Positions 13,033 to 25,544 of a DNA stretch of 64,000 nt are shown in pieces. The notes under the pieces were generated by a model. That model worked only from the letters and a program-made list of their open reading frames with translations. It searched no databases and was not told the origin of the DNA. Position 1 is the stretch's first letter; the number at the start of each line of letters is the position of its first letter. The stretch spans positions 111,912,001 through 111,976,000 of the forward strand of contig NC_086108.1 in assembly GCF_963921235.1 (NCBI RefSeq), given 5' to 3'. The position numbers and the translations under genes are program-made. This DNA is from Mobula hypostoma. Taxonomy: Eukaryota.

Positions 13033-13292
13033 CACAAACAACAGGAATTCTGCAGATGCTGGAAATTCAAGCAACACACATAAAAGTTGCTGGTGAACGC
13101 AGCAGGCCAGGCAGCACCGCTAGGAAGAGGTGCAGTCGACGTTTCAGGCCGAGACCCTTCGTCAGGACTAACTGAAGGAAGAGCTAGTAAGAGATTTGAA
13201 AGTGGGAGGGGGAGGGGGATATCCAAAATGATAGGAGAAGACAGGAGGGGCAGGGATGGAGCCAAGAGCTGGACAGGTGATTGGCAAAAGAT
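13033..13292 (-). mobile_element. Penelope-like element 3' end fragment
   Basis: Reverse complement is near-identical to about 24232-24487. Confidence 0.8.
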
Positions 13293-13869
13293 AAAGTCAC
13301 AGTGGTTGGGGGTGTGGAGGGATGGATACATATTTCACTAAGACCTGGTGGCTGCAGTGGACACAACATGGGAGTGTGTTTAATTCCAGTAAACATTTTA
13401 GGAACAGCTTCTTCTCCTCCACCATCAGATTTCTGAATGGACAATGAAGACATGACCACTATTTTCCCCATGTCTTTTTGAACTACTTGTTTAATTTAGT
13501 TTGCTTTTTAATTATGTCCTTATTGTAAGTTATAGATTTTATTGTAATGTAGCTGCCACAAAACAACAAATTTCACTACATACGGCAGTGATATTAAACC
13601 TGATTCTGATTCTCATTCTAAGGATGTGCTGGGGGCAGCCTGAAGGTGTCACCATGCATCTGGGCACCAACAGAGCACACCACAATGTTCAGCAGGACAA
13701 CACAGGCAACGACGACAACTTCCACCTGAATCATTTCCACTAACATTGCATTATGTAATTTAGAGTCGATGAGTCATTGATTTACACAGTACGACCCAAC
13801 TCAACCGTGCTGGCAGAGATGACTATCTATGCCAATCCATCTGTGCAATTGCCACTGCCTATCGCTTCC

Positions 13870-14365
13870 ACCGGCACTGGAGAAGGTCCAGAGGAAGTTT
13901 ATGACAGATTCCAGGAATGAAAGGGTTAAAATAACAGGAGCATTTGGTTGCTCTGGGCCTGTATTCACAGGAGTTTTGAAGAATGAAGAGGGTGGGATCT
14001 CACTGAAACTGAGAAACTAAGATTGAAAGGCTTAGATAGAGTGGCAGTGGAGAGGATGTTTCCTATAATGGGAGTCTCGTACCACAGGGCACAGCCTCAG
14101 AATAGAGGAATGTCCATTTAGAACAGAGATGAGATGGAATTTCTTCAGCCAGAGGGTGGTGAATCAATAGAATCCTTTGCCACAGATACTGTAATTGGGT
14201 ACATTTAGACTGGGGGCTGATAGGTTCCTGATTAGTCAGGGTGTCAAGAATTACAGGAGACGGCAGGAGAATGGGGTTGAGAGGAACAGTAAATCTGCAG
14301 CGATGGAATGGTGTAGCAGAGTCGAGGGGCCGAAAGGCCTGATTCTGCTCCTATGTCTAATGGTT
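13870..14365 (+). mobile_element. CR1-clade LINE 3' fragment
   Basis: LEKVQRKFM.. and 3' tail. Confidence 0.75.
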
Positions 14366-14844
14366 GTGTCTTCCTCACACAACTGAGAGCCTTAAATCTG
14401 TGTTTTCTGGTTTTAGGCTTCCTCACTTTGAGAAAAGTACCAATGGCAACCAACCTTAGTTGTTTATTTATTTAAAGATGCCACTCTTCCGGCTCAGCAA
14501 CCCACCTAACCTAATCTCGAGACAATTTACCAGTTAACCAACTAACCAGTATGTCTTTGGACTGTGGGAGGAAACTGAGCACCCAGAAAAGACCACGTGG
14601 TCATGGGGAGAACTTTGACACTCCTTACATACAAATGAACAGAAACATCCCGAGCTGCCACAGCGGTGTACCAACCACACTACCGTAGTGCCCCTCGTCA
14701 TCTTATACACCTCGATGACATCACCCGTTAGCCCCAAGGACAAAAGTCCCAGTGCAGATGACGGAAGAATGGAGGCTATGTATGAGGGAAGGGTTAGATT
14801 GAATACATGAAATTCCACAAATGCTGGGAGTCCAGAGCAACACA

Positions 14845-15335
14845 CATGACATGCTGAAGGAACTCATCAGGTCTGGCAGCGTCTATGGAAATGAACAAAC
14901 TATCGATGTCTTGGGCTGAGACCCTTCATCGGGACGAGAAGGAAAGGGGGGGAAACGGCAGAACAAAATGGTGGGGGGAGGGGGAGGAGTACTAGCTGGA
15001 ATGTGATAGGTGAAGCAAGGTGGGGAGGAAAGGTAAAGTTCTGGAGAAGAGGGAATCTGATAGGAGAGAATTGGTGACCATAGGAAAAAGGGCAGGAAGA
15101 GGGGTCCCAGGGGGTGGTGATGGGCAGATGAGGAGAAGAGGAAAGAGGCCAGAGTGGGGAATAGAAGAAGAGGTAAGGCGAAGGGAAAAACTTACTGGAA
15201 GGAACAACTGATGTTCATGCCATCAGGTTGGAGGCTTTGGACAGGGATTCTGAGGTGTGGCCCCGATAACCTGAGAGTGGGCTTATCATGGCAAAAGAGG
15301 AGACCATGGACTGACATGTCAGAACAAGAATGTGA
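14845..15335 (-). mobile_element. Diverged Penelope-like 3' fragment
   Basis: HSCSDMSVHGLLFCHDKPTLRL...SLQPDGMNI matches the end of the Penelope ORF at about 23889-24050. Confidence 0.75.
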
Positions 15336-16884
15336 TCTTGGCGTAGGCTTTAAGTTTGGCACAACATCATGCACAGAAGGGGCTGTACGGAGGTGGCAGA
15401 GGAGTGTAGTAGTTAGCACAATGCATGACTGACCAGCAAACCAGGTACTTTTCCCGCTGCTGCCTGTAAGGAGATTGTACATTCTCCCCGTGTGCGCATG
15501 ATCAGCTGGTCTGGACGGTAATTCCTGACTGTGATCAGCTGCTGAGGACATTGCTTAAGGACTGTGATCGGATGGTGACCACGTTACTTACTGACTGATC
15601 AGATAGTGAGGATGGTCTTACTGACTGCAGTCTATTGCAGACAATCTGTTGCTCGCATCTGAGAAAATTTTTCATGACACAATTATTACTTCACCTAATA
15701 TTACTGTTACTAGGCTGGCATCTACATGGCTTCAGATCGACAGCGGTAGGATTGAGTATTTGAGCAGTTTTGGACCCGTTACCTAAGAATGGATGTGCTG
15801 GCATTGGAGAAGTTCCAGAGGTGGTACCAGAGGGCACAGCCACAGAATACAAGGACACGTCTTTAGAACAGAAGTGAGGAGCAATTTCTTTAATCAGAGG
15901 GTGATGAATCTGTGGAATTCAATGCCACGGGTGGCTGTGGTGGTCAAGTCATCAGGTATATTTAAAGCAGAGGTCAATAGGTTCTTGATTAGCCGGGGTA
16001 TCTAAGGTTACGGGACGATGGCAGGAGAAAGGTGTTGAGAGGGATAATAAATCAGCCATGATAGAATGGTGGAGCAAACACTATAGGCTAAAAGGCCTAA
16101 TTCTACTCCTATGTCTTATGGTATTTCCCGAATATATTTCCCCATTATGTGCATTCCAATTCTTGTTGCTGACTCCAAGGGTCTTCCACAGAATGTTAAA
16201 GCAGTACAGTAGCATAGTGATCACGGAGCAGACTTGATGGGCTGAATGCCCTAATTCTGCTCCTTTGATTTTATGGTCTTCTGGTCTAATGGACTCCTGT
16301 TTTTCACTGCAGCAGCGAAGCAAAACACTTGGATCAGGGTCATTTCCATCCCGTCAGTAACTGATGCTTCGCACCACCGTGAAAGAATAAGATTTACTGT
16401 TCCACCCATCTCTACACCCTAACGCTTATTCATCATTTAGACATTTAGATTATGAGCGATAAACGCAACGGGCTTTCCCTGCTGAACTTGGGAGAGACTA
16501 GAACCAGGTGTCATGGGTTAAGGATGAAAGGTGAAAAGTTCAAGGGGAACATGAAGGGAACCTTCTTCACTCAGAGGGTGGTGAGATTGTGGAATAAGCT
16601 GCCAGCGCAAGTTGCATGTGAGTGCGATTTGTACTTTTCTATGACTCTTTGAGATAGTCTGTTTGACCCCCTATCAGCGGGCAGGAGGTACCACAGTATG
16701 ATGATAAGGTCTGTTAGAATGGGACACAGCATTTTCCCTGCCCCTTCCCCCTCCGGGCCATGAGACTACTGAACTCCCCGCCACCACCCAGGTCTCATCA
16801 CGTATGAAGCAACAGTAGCATTATTCTGTTTACTTTTTAACTTGTGTCATAAATACACCTTTTTACTTGTGGTAATATTACCTT

Positions 16885-17330
16885 ATGTGTTATGTGTGTG
16901 AGTTATATGTACTGTGTTGTGTACCTTGGTCCAGAACAACATTGTTTTGTTTGACGGTATACATGTGTACTGTTGTATGTGAGTTATATGTACTGTGTTG
17001 TGTACCTTGGTCCAAAGGAACATTGTTTTGTTTGACGGTATACATGTGTACGGTTGTATAAGAATTATTTGTACTGTTCTGTGTACCTTGGTCCAGAGGA
17101 ACATTGTTTTATTTGACGGTATACATGTGTACGGTTGTATGTGAGTTATATGTACTGTTCTGTGCACCTTGGTCCAGAGGAACATTGTTTTGTTTGACGG
17201 TATACAGGTGTACGGTTGTATGTGAGTTATATGTACTGTGTTGTGCACCTTGGTCCGGAGGAACGTTGTTTCTAACCCTAATGCGTGGTATACTGTCCAT
17301 GTGTACGGTTGCGTGACAATAAACTGAACC
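16885..17330. repeat. 81-bp minisatellite, about 5 copies, amplified from a LINE 3' tail
   Basis: GTGAGTTATATGTACTG units start at 16898, 16979, 17060, 17141 and 17222. A single copy of the unit occurs in the element tail at about 10810-10895. Confidence 0.9.
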
Positions 17331-17383
17331 TGAGCTTATAATCACAAACTATTCACTCTATCAACTGGGATAAAATGAGTTAC

Positions 17384-17522
17384 CTTTCAAGACTATTTGA
17401 GCTTTATTTGCATGTGCAGTACAGACAGCGTGGAGGTCCATATCTGGAGGGATTACAATTGTTGTAATCTTTGACCAATCATAATGCTTCAGTTCGGCAT
17501 TCCCAAAGTGAAAGGCAAAGAC
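17384..17522 (-). CDS. CTBS: CTBS-like copy A, exon 2
   Basis: ttcaag|GTC...AAAG|gtaact; 139 nt. Encodes VFAFHFGNAELKHYDWSKITTIVIPPDMDLHAVCTAHANKAQIVLK(G), matching the chitobiase YDWSxITT...CxAH...VLKG pattern. Confidence 0.9.
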
Positions 17523-18284
17523 CTTGAATAAAAACAAAGCTGCCATCTGAGGTAATGAAGACATCAACGTCCCATACAATAATATAGATTTGTATAACTG
17601 AACACAGTGCAGAGGAACTTCACAAGGAGCAGGGCTCACTCACAGGGATGCCGGTTCCATTGGTGTGTGTCATCTATATCAATGAGCTGGATGGAGGCCA
17701 CGTTGGACAGGGTAAGCCATGGAGATTGCATCCCAGCTGTCTACACAAGCCAGGGCAGTACGATGTGGAGAGCAAGCTGTTGCCCATGTAGCAGCCTTCC
17801 CCTCTCCATGCAGCTGATAAAAATTCAAAGCAACAGCAGAAACGGATGAAGTGTGCTCACAACAGCAACGCAGGAGTTACCAGTCAGCGTTGAACTCAAC
17901 ATAGGGCTGCCTTAGGGACTCCAGTTCTGGGTTTTTCCAGGGTTTACTGAGGAAGCCTTCCCTGTGAATGGTTATTTCCGCAGGGCAGAGGAGATTTGAG
18001 ATCAGAGCTTCCCTTCTCCGAGATCAGCTGTCAACCATGGCTGAAGAGGCCCATCTACCCGGAGCGACTGGTTTTAAGGCACCAGTAACCCACCTTTGCC
18101 CCTCCTCCTTTCAGTAGAAATGGTTCCGCAAGGCTTAGTAGCTAAATCACATGTAAAGGCCAGGAGCTGGACTTGGTTGTCAGAGGCTATTTGAGATGCT
18201 CTCCGTTGGAAGGATTTAATAGTTGGTGGTAGCTTATCCCCACAACCCCTCCCCTTCATCCTGGCTATGACAACCTTCAGGAAT

Positions 18285-19175
18285 CTGGTTGGTAATGTGA
18301 TGAATTAGATCAGCAAGTTTGTGGATGACACCAAATTTAGGAGCTTAGTTTACAGTGAGGAAGACTATCAAAGCCTGAGGTAGGACCTGGACCTGCTAGA
18401 CAAATGGGCTGAAAAATGGCAGATGGAATTTAATGCAGACAAGAGTGAGATGTTGCATTTTGGCGGGACCAACCAGAGTAGGTCTGACACAGTGAACGAT
18501 AGGTAACTGAGGATTGTGGTAGAACAAAGGGATCTGGGAATACAGGTCCATAATTCCTTTGAAAATGACATCTCAGGTATATAGGGTCACAGAGAGTTTT
18601 TGGCATATTGGCCTTCGTAAATCAAAGTATTGATTACAGGAGTTGGATGTTATGCTGAAGTTGTATAAGCCGTTGATAAAGCCTAGTTCGGAGTATTGTG
18701 TGTAGTTCTGGCCACCTAACTACAGGAAAGATATCAACAAGATTGAAAGAGTGCAGAGAAAACTTACCAGGATGTTGCTGGGACTTACTCCCTAGAATTT
18801 AGGAGAATGACGGGAGATTTGATACAGTAGATGTATTCCAAATTATGAGGGGTGTAGAGAGGGTAAATGTAAGCAGGTTTTTTCCACTGAGGTTGAGTGT
18901 GATGTGAACCAGAGGTCATGCGTTAAGGGTGAAAGGTTAAATGTTTAAGGGGAACATGATGGGGACCTTCTTCACCCAGAGGATGGTGAGAGGGTGGAAC
19001 GAGCTGCCAGCAGAAGTGGTGGATGTGGGTTCAGTTTCAACATTTAAGAGAGGTTTGGCTAAGTACATGGATGGATGGGGGACTGTGCTCCAGATGCAGG
19101 TCCTGGGAACAGGCAGAATAATAGTTTGGCATGGATTAGATGGACCGAAGGGTCTGTTTCTGAGCTGCTGTTCTC
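18285..19175 (+). mobile_element. CR1-clade LINE 3' portion
   Basis: KFVDDTK, KWQMEFN and FFTQRMVRGWNELP motifs. Confidence 0.8.
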
Positions 19176-19459
19176 TAGGATTCTTTAACACAGAACAGTA
19201 CCACAGAGGAACAGGCCCTTCAGACCATTACATCTGCCCCGAACACCGTTCCAATTTAAACTAAATAAAAGCACCCAGACTAAAACCACACAATCACAGG
19301 GAGGAGTTATAAACTTCTTCCAGACAGCAGCTGCAATCGAATCCCAATTGCTGATTGTGATTGCACTAATGACTAGGCCACCATACCCCACTGACTTTCC
19401 ATGAAAGGATTGTGGTGGCAGCTAACAAGAATTGGATTGTATTTAACGGGAGGATAATA

Positions 19460-20340
19460 TCAGGCCATTCTGCCCATTGAGTCTGCTCCACCATTCTATC
19501 ATGGCTGACTTATTATTCCTCTCAACCCCATTCTCCTGCCTTCTCCCTGTAATCTTTGAAGCCCTGACTAATCAAGAACCTATTAACCTTCACTTAAGTA
19601 TACCGATTGACTTGACTTCCACAGTCGTCTGTAGCAATGAAATCCAATAACCTCTGCATAAAGAATCTCCTCCTCATCTCGGTTCTAAAGGTGTGTCTAT
19701 TCTGAGGCTGTGCCCTCTGGTCCTAGACTTCTCACTATAGGAAACATCATCCACACATTCACACTATCATGACCTCTCCACATCCGGGAGGTTTCAATAA
19801 GATCCATCTTCAGTCTTCCAATCTCTTTTCCTCTTACCAGTGTACACCTCTATCAAGTCACCTCTCATCCTCCTTCACTCCAAAGAGAAAAGCCTTAGCT
19901 CACTCAGACCATCACTATAGGACATGCTCTCTAATCCAGGCAGCATCGTGGTCAATCTCCTCTTCACCCTTTCTAGAACTTCCACATTCTTCCTGGAATG
20001 AGGTGACCAAAACTGAACACAATGCTCCAAGTGTGGTCTAACCAGGGTTTTTAGAGCTGCAACATTACCTCTTGGCTCTTGAACTTAATCCTTCGACTAA
20101 CGAAGGTCAACACGCAATGTACCTTCGTAACCAAACTATTAACTTGTGTAGCAATACTGAGGGATCTAGGGATATGGATCACAAGATCCCACTGTTCCTC
20201 CACACTTCTTTAGAATCCTGCTATTAACTCTGTATTCTGCCTTCCAATTTGACCTTCCAACGTGAATCACTTCCCACTTGTCCACATTAAACACTATCTG
20301 CCACCTGTCAGCACAGCCCTGCATCCTACCAATGTCCCAT
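19460..20340 (-). mobile_element. Two CR1-clade LINE fragments
   Basis: Reverse-complement CR1 3' tail and RT C-terminal sequence. Confidence 0.7.
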
Positions 20341-20672
20341 TAGAACGTAACTTAACCAGACGTAGCATCTTACAGAGAGGAACTCACATGGCATGCCACG
20401 GTAGCATAGCTGTCAGAGTTTGGAGTTCATTTCCAGCCTCCTCTATAGGCAGGTTTGAACATTCCTCTCTGCATGCACATAGCTTTCCCCCAGGTGCTCC
20501 AGTTTCCTCCTGCATTCCAAAGACGTACCGGTTAGTGGGTTAGTAGGTCATTGTAAATCCCCTGTGATTGGGGTAGGTTTAAATCAGTTGGTTGCTGGGT
20601 GCCACGGCTCGTTAAGCCGGTGGGGCCTGTTCTGTGCTGTATCTCCAAATAAATATAAATAAAATATCTCAC

Positions 20673-20825
20673 CTCGAATTGGACGTTATTCTCTTTATGG
20701 AGGGGCCGGCACAGATCTGGATCATCACACAAACAATGTAAAGCAATGGAAAGTTGCTTGTTGAAACTGTGGTTCCACATTGTGGTTATGAACAGACCCA
20801 GCACCAATTCCAGACTCCAGACCAT
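20673..20825 (-). CDS. CTBS: CTBS-like copy A, coding exon 1 (signal peptide + N-terminal Cys motif)
   Basis: ATG at 20825. Encodes MVWSLELVLGLFITTMWNHSFNKQLSIALHCLCDDPDLCRPLHKENNVQFE, whose CxCxDPxLCRP motif is typical of chitobiase N-termini. Donor GAG|GTGAGA at 20672; 153 nt, phase 0. Confidence 0.88.
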
Positions 20826-21040
20826 CCTCTCTGTACAAACTCCACCAGAAATGTGATTTATTTCCAGTAATCTGTACAGGGCTGAGAATGACTGCTGTAT
20901 TGTCTCTCTCTCTCTCTCTCTCGCTCCCTGTATGTGGTAACAATGAAATATTGACGTAAAATTCGTGCTATCAAATGTAACTTTGTAGGATAAGCTACTT
21001 TCTCTCATCTCTCACAGCCTTGAACAACAGCCACAACTGA
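20826..21040 (-). promoter_or_regulatory. Conserved proximal promoter/5'UTR block of copy A
   Basis: Non-coding block colinear and highly similar to 38524-38732 upstream of copy B; includes a (GA)n microsatellite and a shared CTTATC (GATA-type) site. TSS not determinable. Confidence 0.55.
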
Positions 21041-21539
21041 CACAGCATCCTCGCCTCCTCTTTGGACAACATTCCATAAGATCATAAGACCATAAGATGT
21101 AAGAGCAGAATTAGGCCATTTGGCCCATCGAGTCTGTTTTTCCATTCATCATGGCTGATTCAATTTTCCCCTCAGCCCCAATCTCCTGCCTTCTCCCCGT
21201 TTCCCTATAGGCTTGACCAATCAAGAATCTGTCAACTTTTGCCTTAAATATACATAAAGTTTTGGCCTCCATAGCTGCCTGCGGCAAAAGATTCCACATA
21301 TTCACCATTCATCAAGATTATATCCTGAGAGACAAAAAATAGCACCCAGTGTGGCATCTTTTCCTTCAACGTCAGTAAAGTAAAATGTCGTAAACCAACA
21401 AGTTGCTTGTTATGTCTCCCCGCTCACTGTGAACCGGAGACATCTCTTATTAGGGAGAGAGAGAGCCTGTGGTATGTCGGATGCTGGGTGAACGAGTAGT
21501 CTTTGGGGTAACTGCAAGTCTGTGTCTTTACTGGCCATG

Positions 21540-24487
21540 AATCTAGCAGGCATGAACTTCAGTTTGCCTCTGCCATTGATCTCGCCGGCTCCAACACCTC
21601 AGGACATATTCAAAACCCGGACTCCAGCAACAACCATGGACACATTCAAAGTGATTGCGCAACCACCGACTGCGACTCCCGGCCGGGTCTTTATGTGCTG
21701 CTATTGTGACTCCCGTCTCCCCTTCCCCCACCCCCACTCTGCAACCCCGTCTCCCTCAGATCCCACCGTCAGCTCCTGGGCCCTCAGAGGCTCCATCTTC
21801 CTCTCAGCCCAACCATCCCCTCTCCACTGACACCCCCAGCCTCCCCCCTCCCCACTCTGATCCCAGCTCTCATCCGTGCCGGGTCTTTACCATCCCCTCC
21901 GACCTTCAACTGTCGGAGGCAGAGCGCTCTGTCCTCAGTAAGGGCCTCACCTTTGTCCCCCTTCGCCCACACCTCAGCGAGTTCCGCATTCGCCATGATG
22001 CAGAACTTTTCTTCCGCCGCCGCCGTCTCCGTCTCCGAGCCTACTTCTTCGGCAAGGACTCTTCCACCCCCACCGATGACCCCTTCTCCCGTCTTCAACC
22101 CTCCTCTTCTTCATGGACACCCCGCTCTGGTCTTCTGCCTGCTCTGGATCTCTTTATCGCTAACTGCCGACGGGACATCAACCGACTCGACTTCACTGCA
22201 CCTTGTCCCCATTCCAACCTCACTCCTTTGGAACACTCCCTCCGCACTAATCCTAACCTTATTATTAAACCCGCCGATAAGGGGGGTGCTGTTGCAGTCT
22301 GGCGTACTGACCTCTACCTTGCCGAGGCACAGCGACAACTCGCGGATACCTCCTCTTATTTATCCCTCGATCGTAACCCCACTAAGGAGCACCAGGCCAT
22401 TGTCTCCCACACCATCACCGACTTTATCCGCTCAGGGGATCTCCCATCCACTGCTAACAACCTTATAGTTCCCACACCTCACACTTCCCGTTTCTACCTC
22501 CTACCCAAGATCCACAAACCTGCCTGTCCTGGCCGACCTATTGTCTCAGCTTGCTCCTGCCCCACCGAACTCATTTCTGCATACCTCGACACGGTTTTAT
22601 CCCCCCTTGTTCAATCCCTTCCTACCTATGTTCGTGACACTTCTCACGCTCTTAAAATTTCGATGATTTTAAGTTCCCTGGCCCCCACCGCTTTATTTTC
22701 ACCAAGTATGTCCAGTCCCTATATACTTCCATCCTCCATCAGGAAGGTCTCAAAGCTCTACGCTTCTTTTTGGATTCCAGACCTAATCAGTTCCCCTCTA
22801 CCACTACTCTGCTCCGTCTAGCGGAATTAGTGCTTACTCTTAATAATTTCTCCTTTGGCTCCTCCCACTTCCTCCAAACTAAAGGTGTAGCTGTGGGCAC
22901 CCATAGGGGTCCTAGCTATGCCTGCCTTTTTGTTGGCTTTGTGGAACAATCTATGTTCCGTGCCTATTCTGGTATCTGTCCCCCACTTTTCCTTCGCTAC
23001 ATCGACGACTGCATTGACGCTGCTTCCTGCACGCATGCAGAGCTCGTTGACTTTATTAACTTTGCCTCCAACTTTCACCCTGCCCTCGTTTACCTGGTCC
23101 ATTTCCGACACCTCCCTCCCCTTTCTAGATCTTTCTGTCTCTGTCTCTGGAGACAGCTTATCCACTGATGTCTACTATAAGCCTACTGACTCTCACAGCT
23201 ATCTGGACTATTCCTCTTCTCACCCTGTCTCTTGCAAAAACGCCATCCCCTTCTCGCAATTCCTCCGTCTCCGCCGCATCTGCTCTCAGGATGAGGCTTT
23301 TCATTCTAGGACAAGGGAGATGTCTTCATTTTTTAAAGAAGGGGGCTTCCCTTCCTCCACTATCAACTCTGCTCTTAAACGCATCTCCCCCATTTCATGT
23401 ACATCTGCTCTCACTCCATCCTCCTGCCACCCCACTAGGAATAGGGTTCCCCTGATCCTCACCTACCACCCCACCAGCCTCTGGGTCCAACATATTATTC
23501 TCCATAACTTCCACCACCTGCAACGGGATCCCACCACTAAGCACATCTTTCCCTCCCCCCCCCTGCATTCCGCAGGGATCGCTCCCTACGCAACTCCCTT
23601 GTCCATTCGTCCCCCCCATCCCTCCCCACTGATCTCCCTCCTGGCACTTATCCGTGTAAGCGGAACAAGTGCTACACATGCCCTTACACTTCCTTCCTTA
23701 CCACCATTTAGGGCCCCAAATAGTCCTTCCAGGTGAGGCAACACTTCACCTGTGAGTCGGCTGGGGTGATATACTGCGTCCGGTGCTCCCGATGTGGCCT
23801 TTTATATATTGGCGAGACCTGACACAGACTGGGAGACCGCTTTGCTGAACACCTACGCTCTGTCCGCCAGAGAAAGCAGGATCTCCCAGTGGCCACACAT
23901 TTTAATTCCACATTCCATTCCCATTCTGACATGTCTATCCACGGCCTCCTCTACTGTAAAGATGAAGCCACACTCAGGTTGGAGGAACAACACCTTATAT
24001 TCCGTCTGGGTAGCCTCCAACCTGATGGCATGAACATCGACTTCTCTAACTTCCGCCAATGCCCCACCTCCCCCTCATACCCCATCTGTTATTTATTTTT
24101 ATACACACATTCTTTCTCTCACTCTCCTTTTTCTCCCTCTGTCCCTCTGAATATACCCCTTGCCTATCCTCTGGGTCCCCCCCCCCACTTGTCTTTCTCC
24201 CTGGACCTCCTGTCCCATGACCCTCTCGTATCCCTTTTGCCAATCACCTGTCCAGCTTTTGGCTCTATCCCTCCTCCTCCTGTCTTCTCCTATCATTTTG
24301 GATCTCCCCCTCCCCCTCCAACTTTCAAATCCCTTACTCACTCTTCCTTCTGTTAGTCCTGACGAAGGGTCTCGGCCTGAAACGTCGACTGCACCTCTTC
24401 CTACAGATGCTGCCTGGCCTGCTGCGTTCACCAGCAACTTTGATGTGTGTTGCTTGAATTTCCAGCATCTGCAGAATTCCTGTTGTT
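21540..24487 (+). mobile_element. Penelope-like retroelement, near full-length, RT + GIY-YIG endonuclease, frameshifted
   Basis: LSKGLTFVP, IIKPADKGGAVAVW, FYLLPKIHK..PGRPIVS, QTKGVAxG, FLRYIDD, LPFLDL, VYYKPTD and KNAIPFSQFLRLRRICS. Downstream VIYCVRCSRCGLLYIGET-type GIY-YIG motif at about 23765-23820. Confidence 0.92.
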
Positions 24488-25544
24488 CTTGTTATCTTGA
24501 GGTTGTGCCCCTCATCCTAGACTCCCCCCCTAATCTTCTCCATGTCCACTCTAGCTAGGCCTTTTATTTAGGCATAGTATTTGATAATATTTGATAGCAC
24601 TTGGTAAACCCACCAAAATCTAGTGTTGTATGAGGGGTTTTGGTATGTGGAATGGAAGGTTTCACACGTACTTCTGTCGAATGACTGGGTCAGATTCCAA
24701 TGGGTCAATGAACTTGCTCAGAAGCTCTTCCAATGTTTTGTTATCAGCCACCCTGGAAAGCAAAAAGCAATAGTTAATTTCAAAGGGGAGCACATACACA
24801 AAAAGAGGCCATTCACTCCCTCTGTCCTGTGACAGCTACTGTGGAGTCACAGAGCATGGACACACACTCTTTGGCCCACAGGGTCTGGACCGACCATCAA
24901 CCATCCCGTTGACACCAATCCCACACAGATCCCACTGTTGACCAACTAGAGTTGTACAAGATGATAAGAGGCATAGATCGTGTGCACAGCTGGACTTCTT
25001 CCCGGGGCGGAAATGGCTAATACCAGGGGGCATAATTTTAAGGTGATTGGAGATGACGTCTGCTGTGACATCTTGGCTGATTTATTATCTCAACCCCACT
25101 CCTTTGATGCCCTGACTAACCAAGAACCTATCAACTTCTGCTTTAAATATTCCCAATGACTTGGCCTTCACAATCTGTGGCACAAATTCCACAGATTCAC
25201 CACTCTCTGGCTAAAGAAATTCCTCCTCATCTTATTCTGAATGGACATCCCTCTATTCTGAGATTGTGGCTTCTCGTCTTTGACTACTCCATGATAGGAA
25301 ACATCTTCTCTCTATTCGAGGACAGTACAGGGGGAATATCAAAAGTAGTTTTGCTTTTACACAGAGAGTGGTGGGTGTGTGCAGCACAGTGGTAGAGGCA
25401 GATACATTAGGGATATTGCAAAATAGGCACACGAATGATAGAAAGAAATGGAGGACTACGTGGGAAGGTAGGGTTAGATTAACCTTAGTAGGTTGGAAGG
25501 GCCTGTACTGTTCTGTAATGTAGTTCCTCCCCTCCCCTCCCCTT

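Noticed and set aside
16883..17330. CRISPR-like array or 27-aa repeat protein
   Set aside because: Units are contiguous with no unique spacers, there are no cas genes, the context is eukaryotic, and the unit derives from a LINE tail.
1883..20825. CTBS-like copies as pseudogenes
   Set aside because: No stops, frameshifts or broken GT-AG sites in any of the 13 exons despite substantial divergence. Copy B could still be truncated if it lacks exon 7.
20532..21008. 158-aa ORF as a single-exon gene or true N-terminus
   Set aside because: Only 20673-20825 is chitobiase-like. The upstream ATG is out of frame in copy B, and the ORF tail runs through a GT donor into intron.
21655..23736. Long ORFs (388, 272 aa) as host genes
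   Set aside because: They are frameshifted pieces of a Penelope RT. Likewise 32633-33466 is RTE and 50655-51416 is Rex/Babar.
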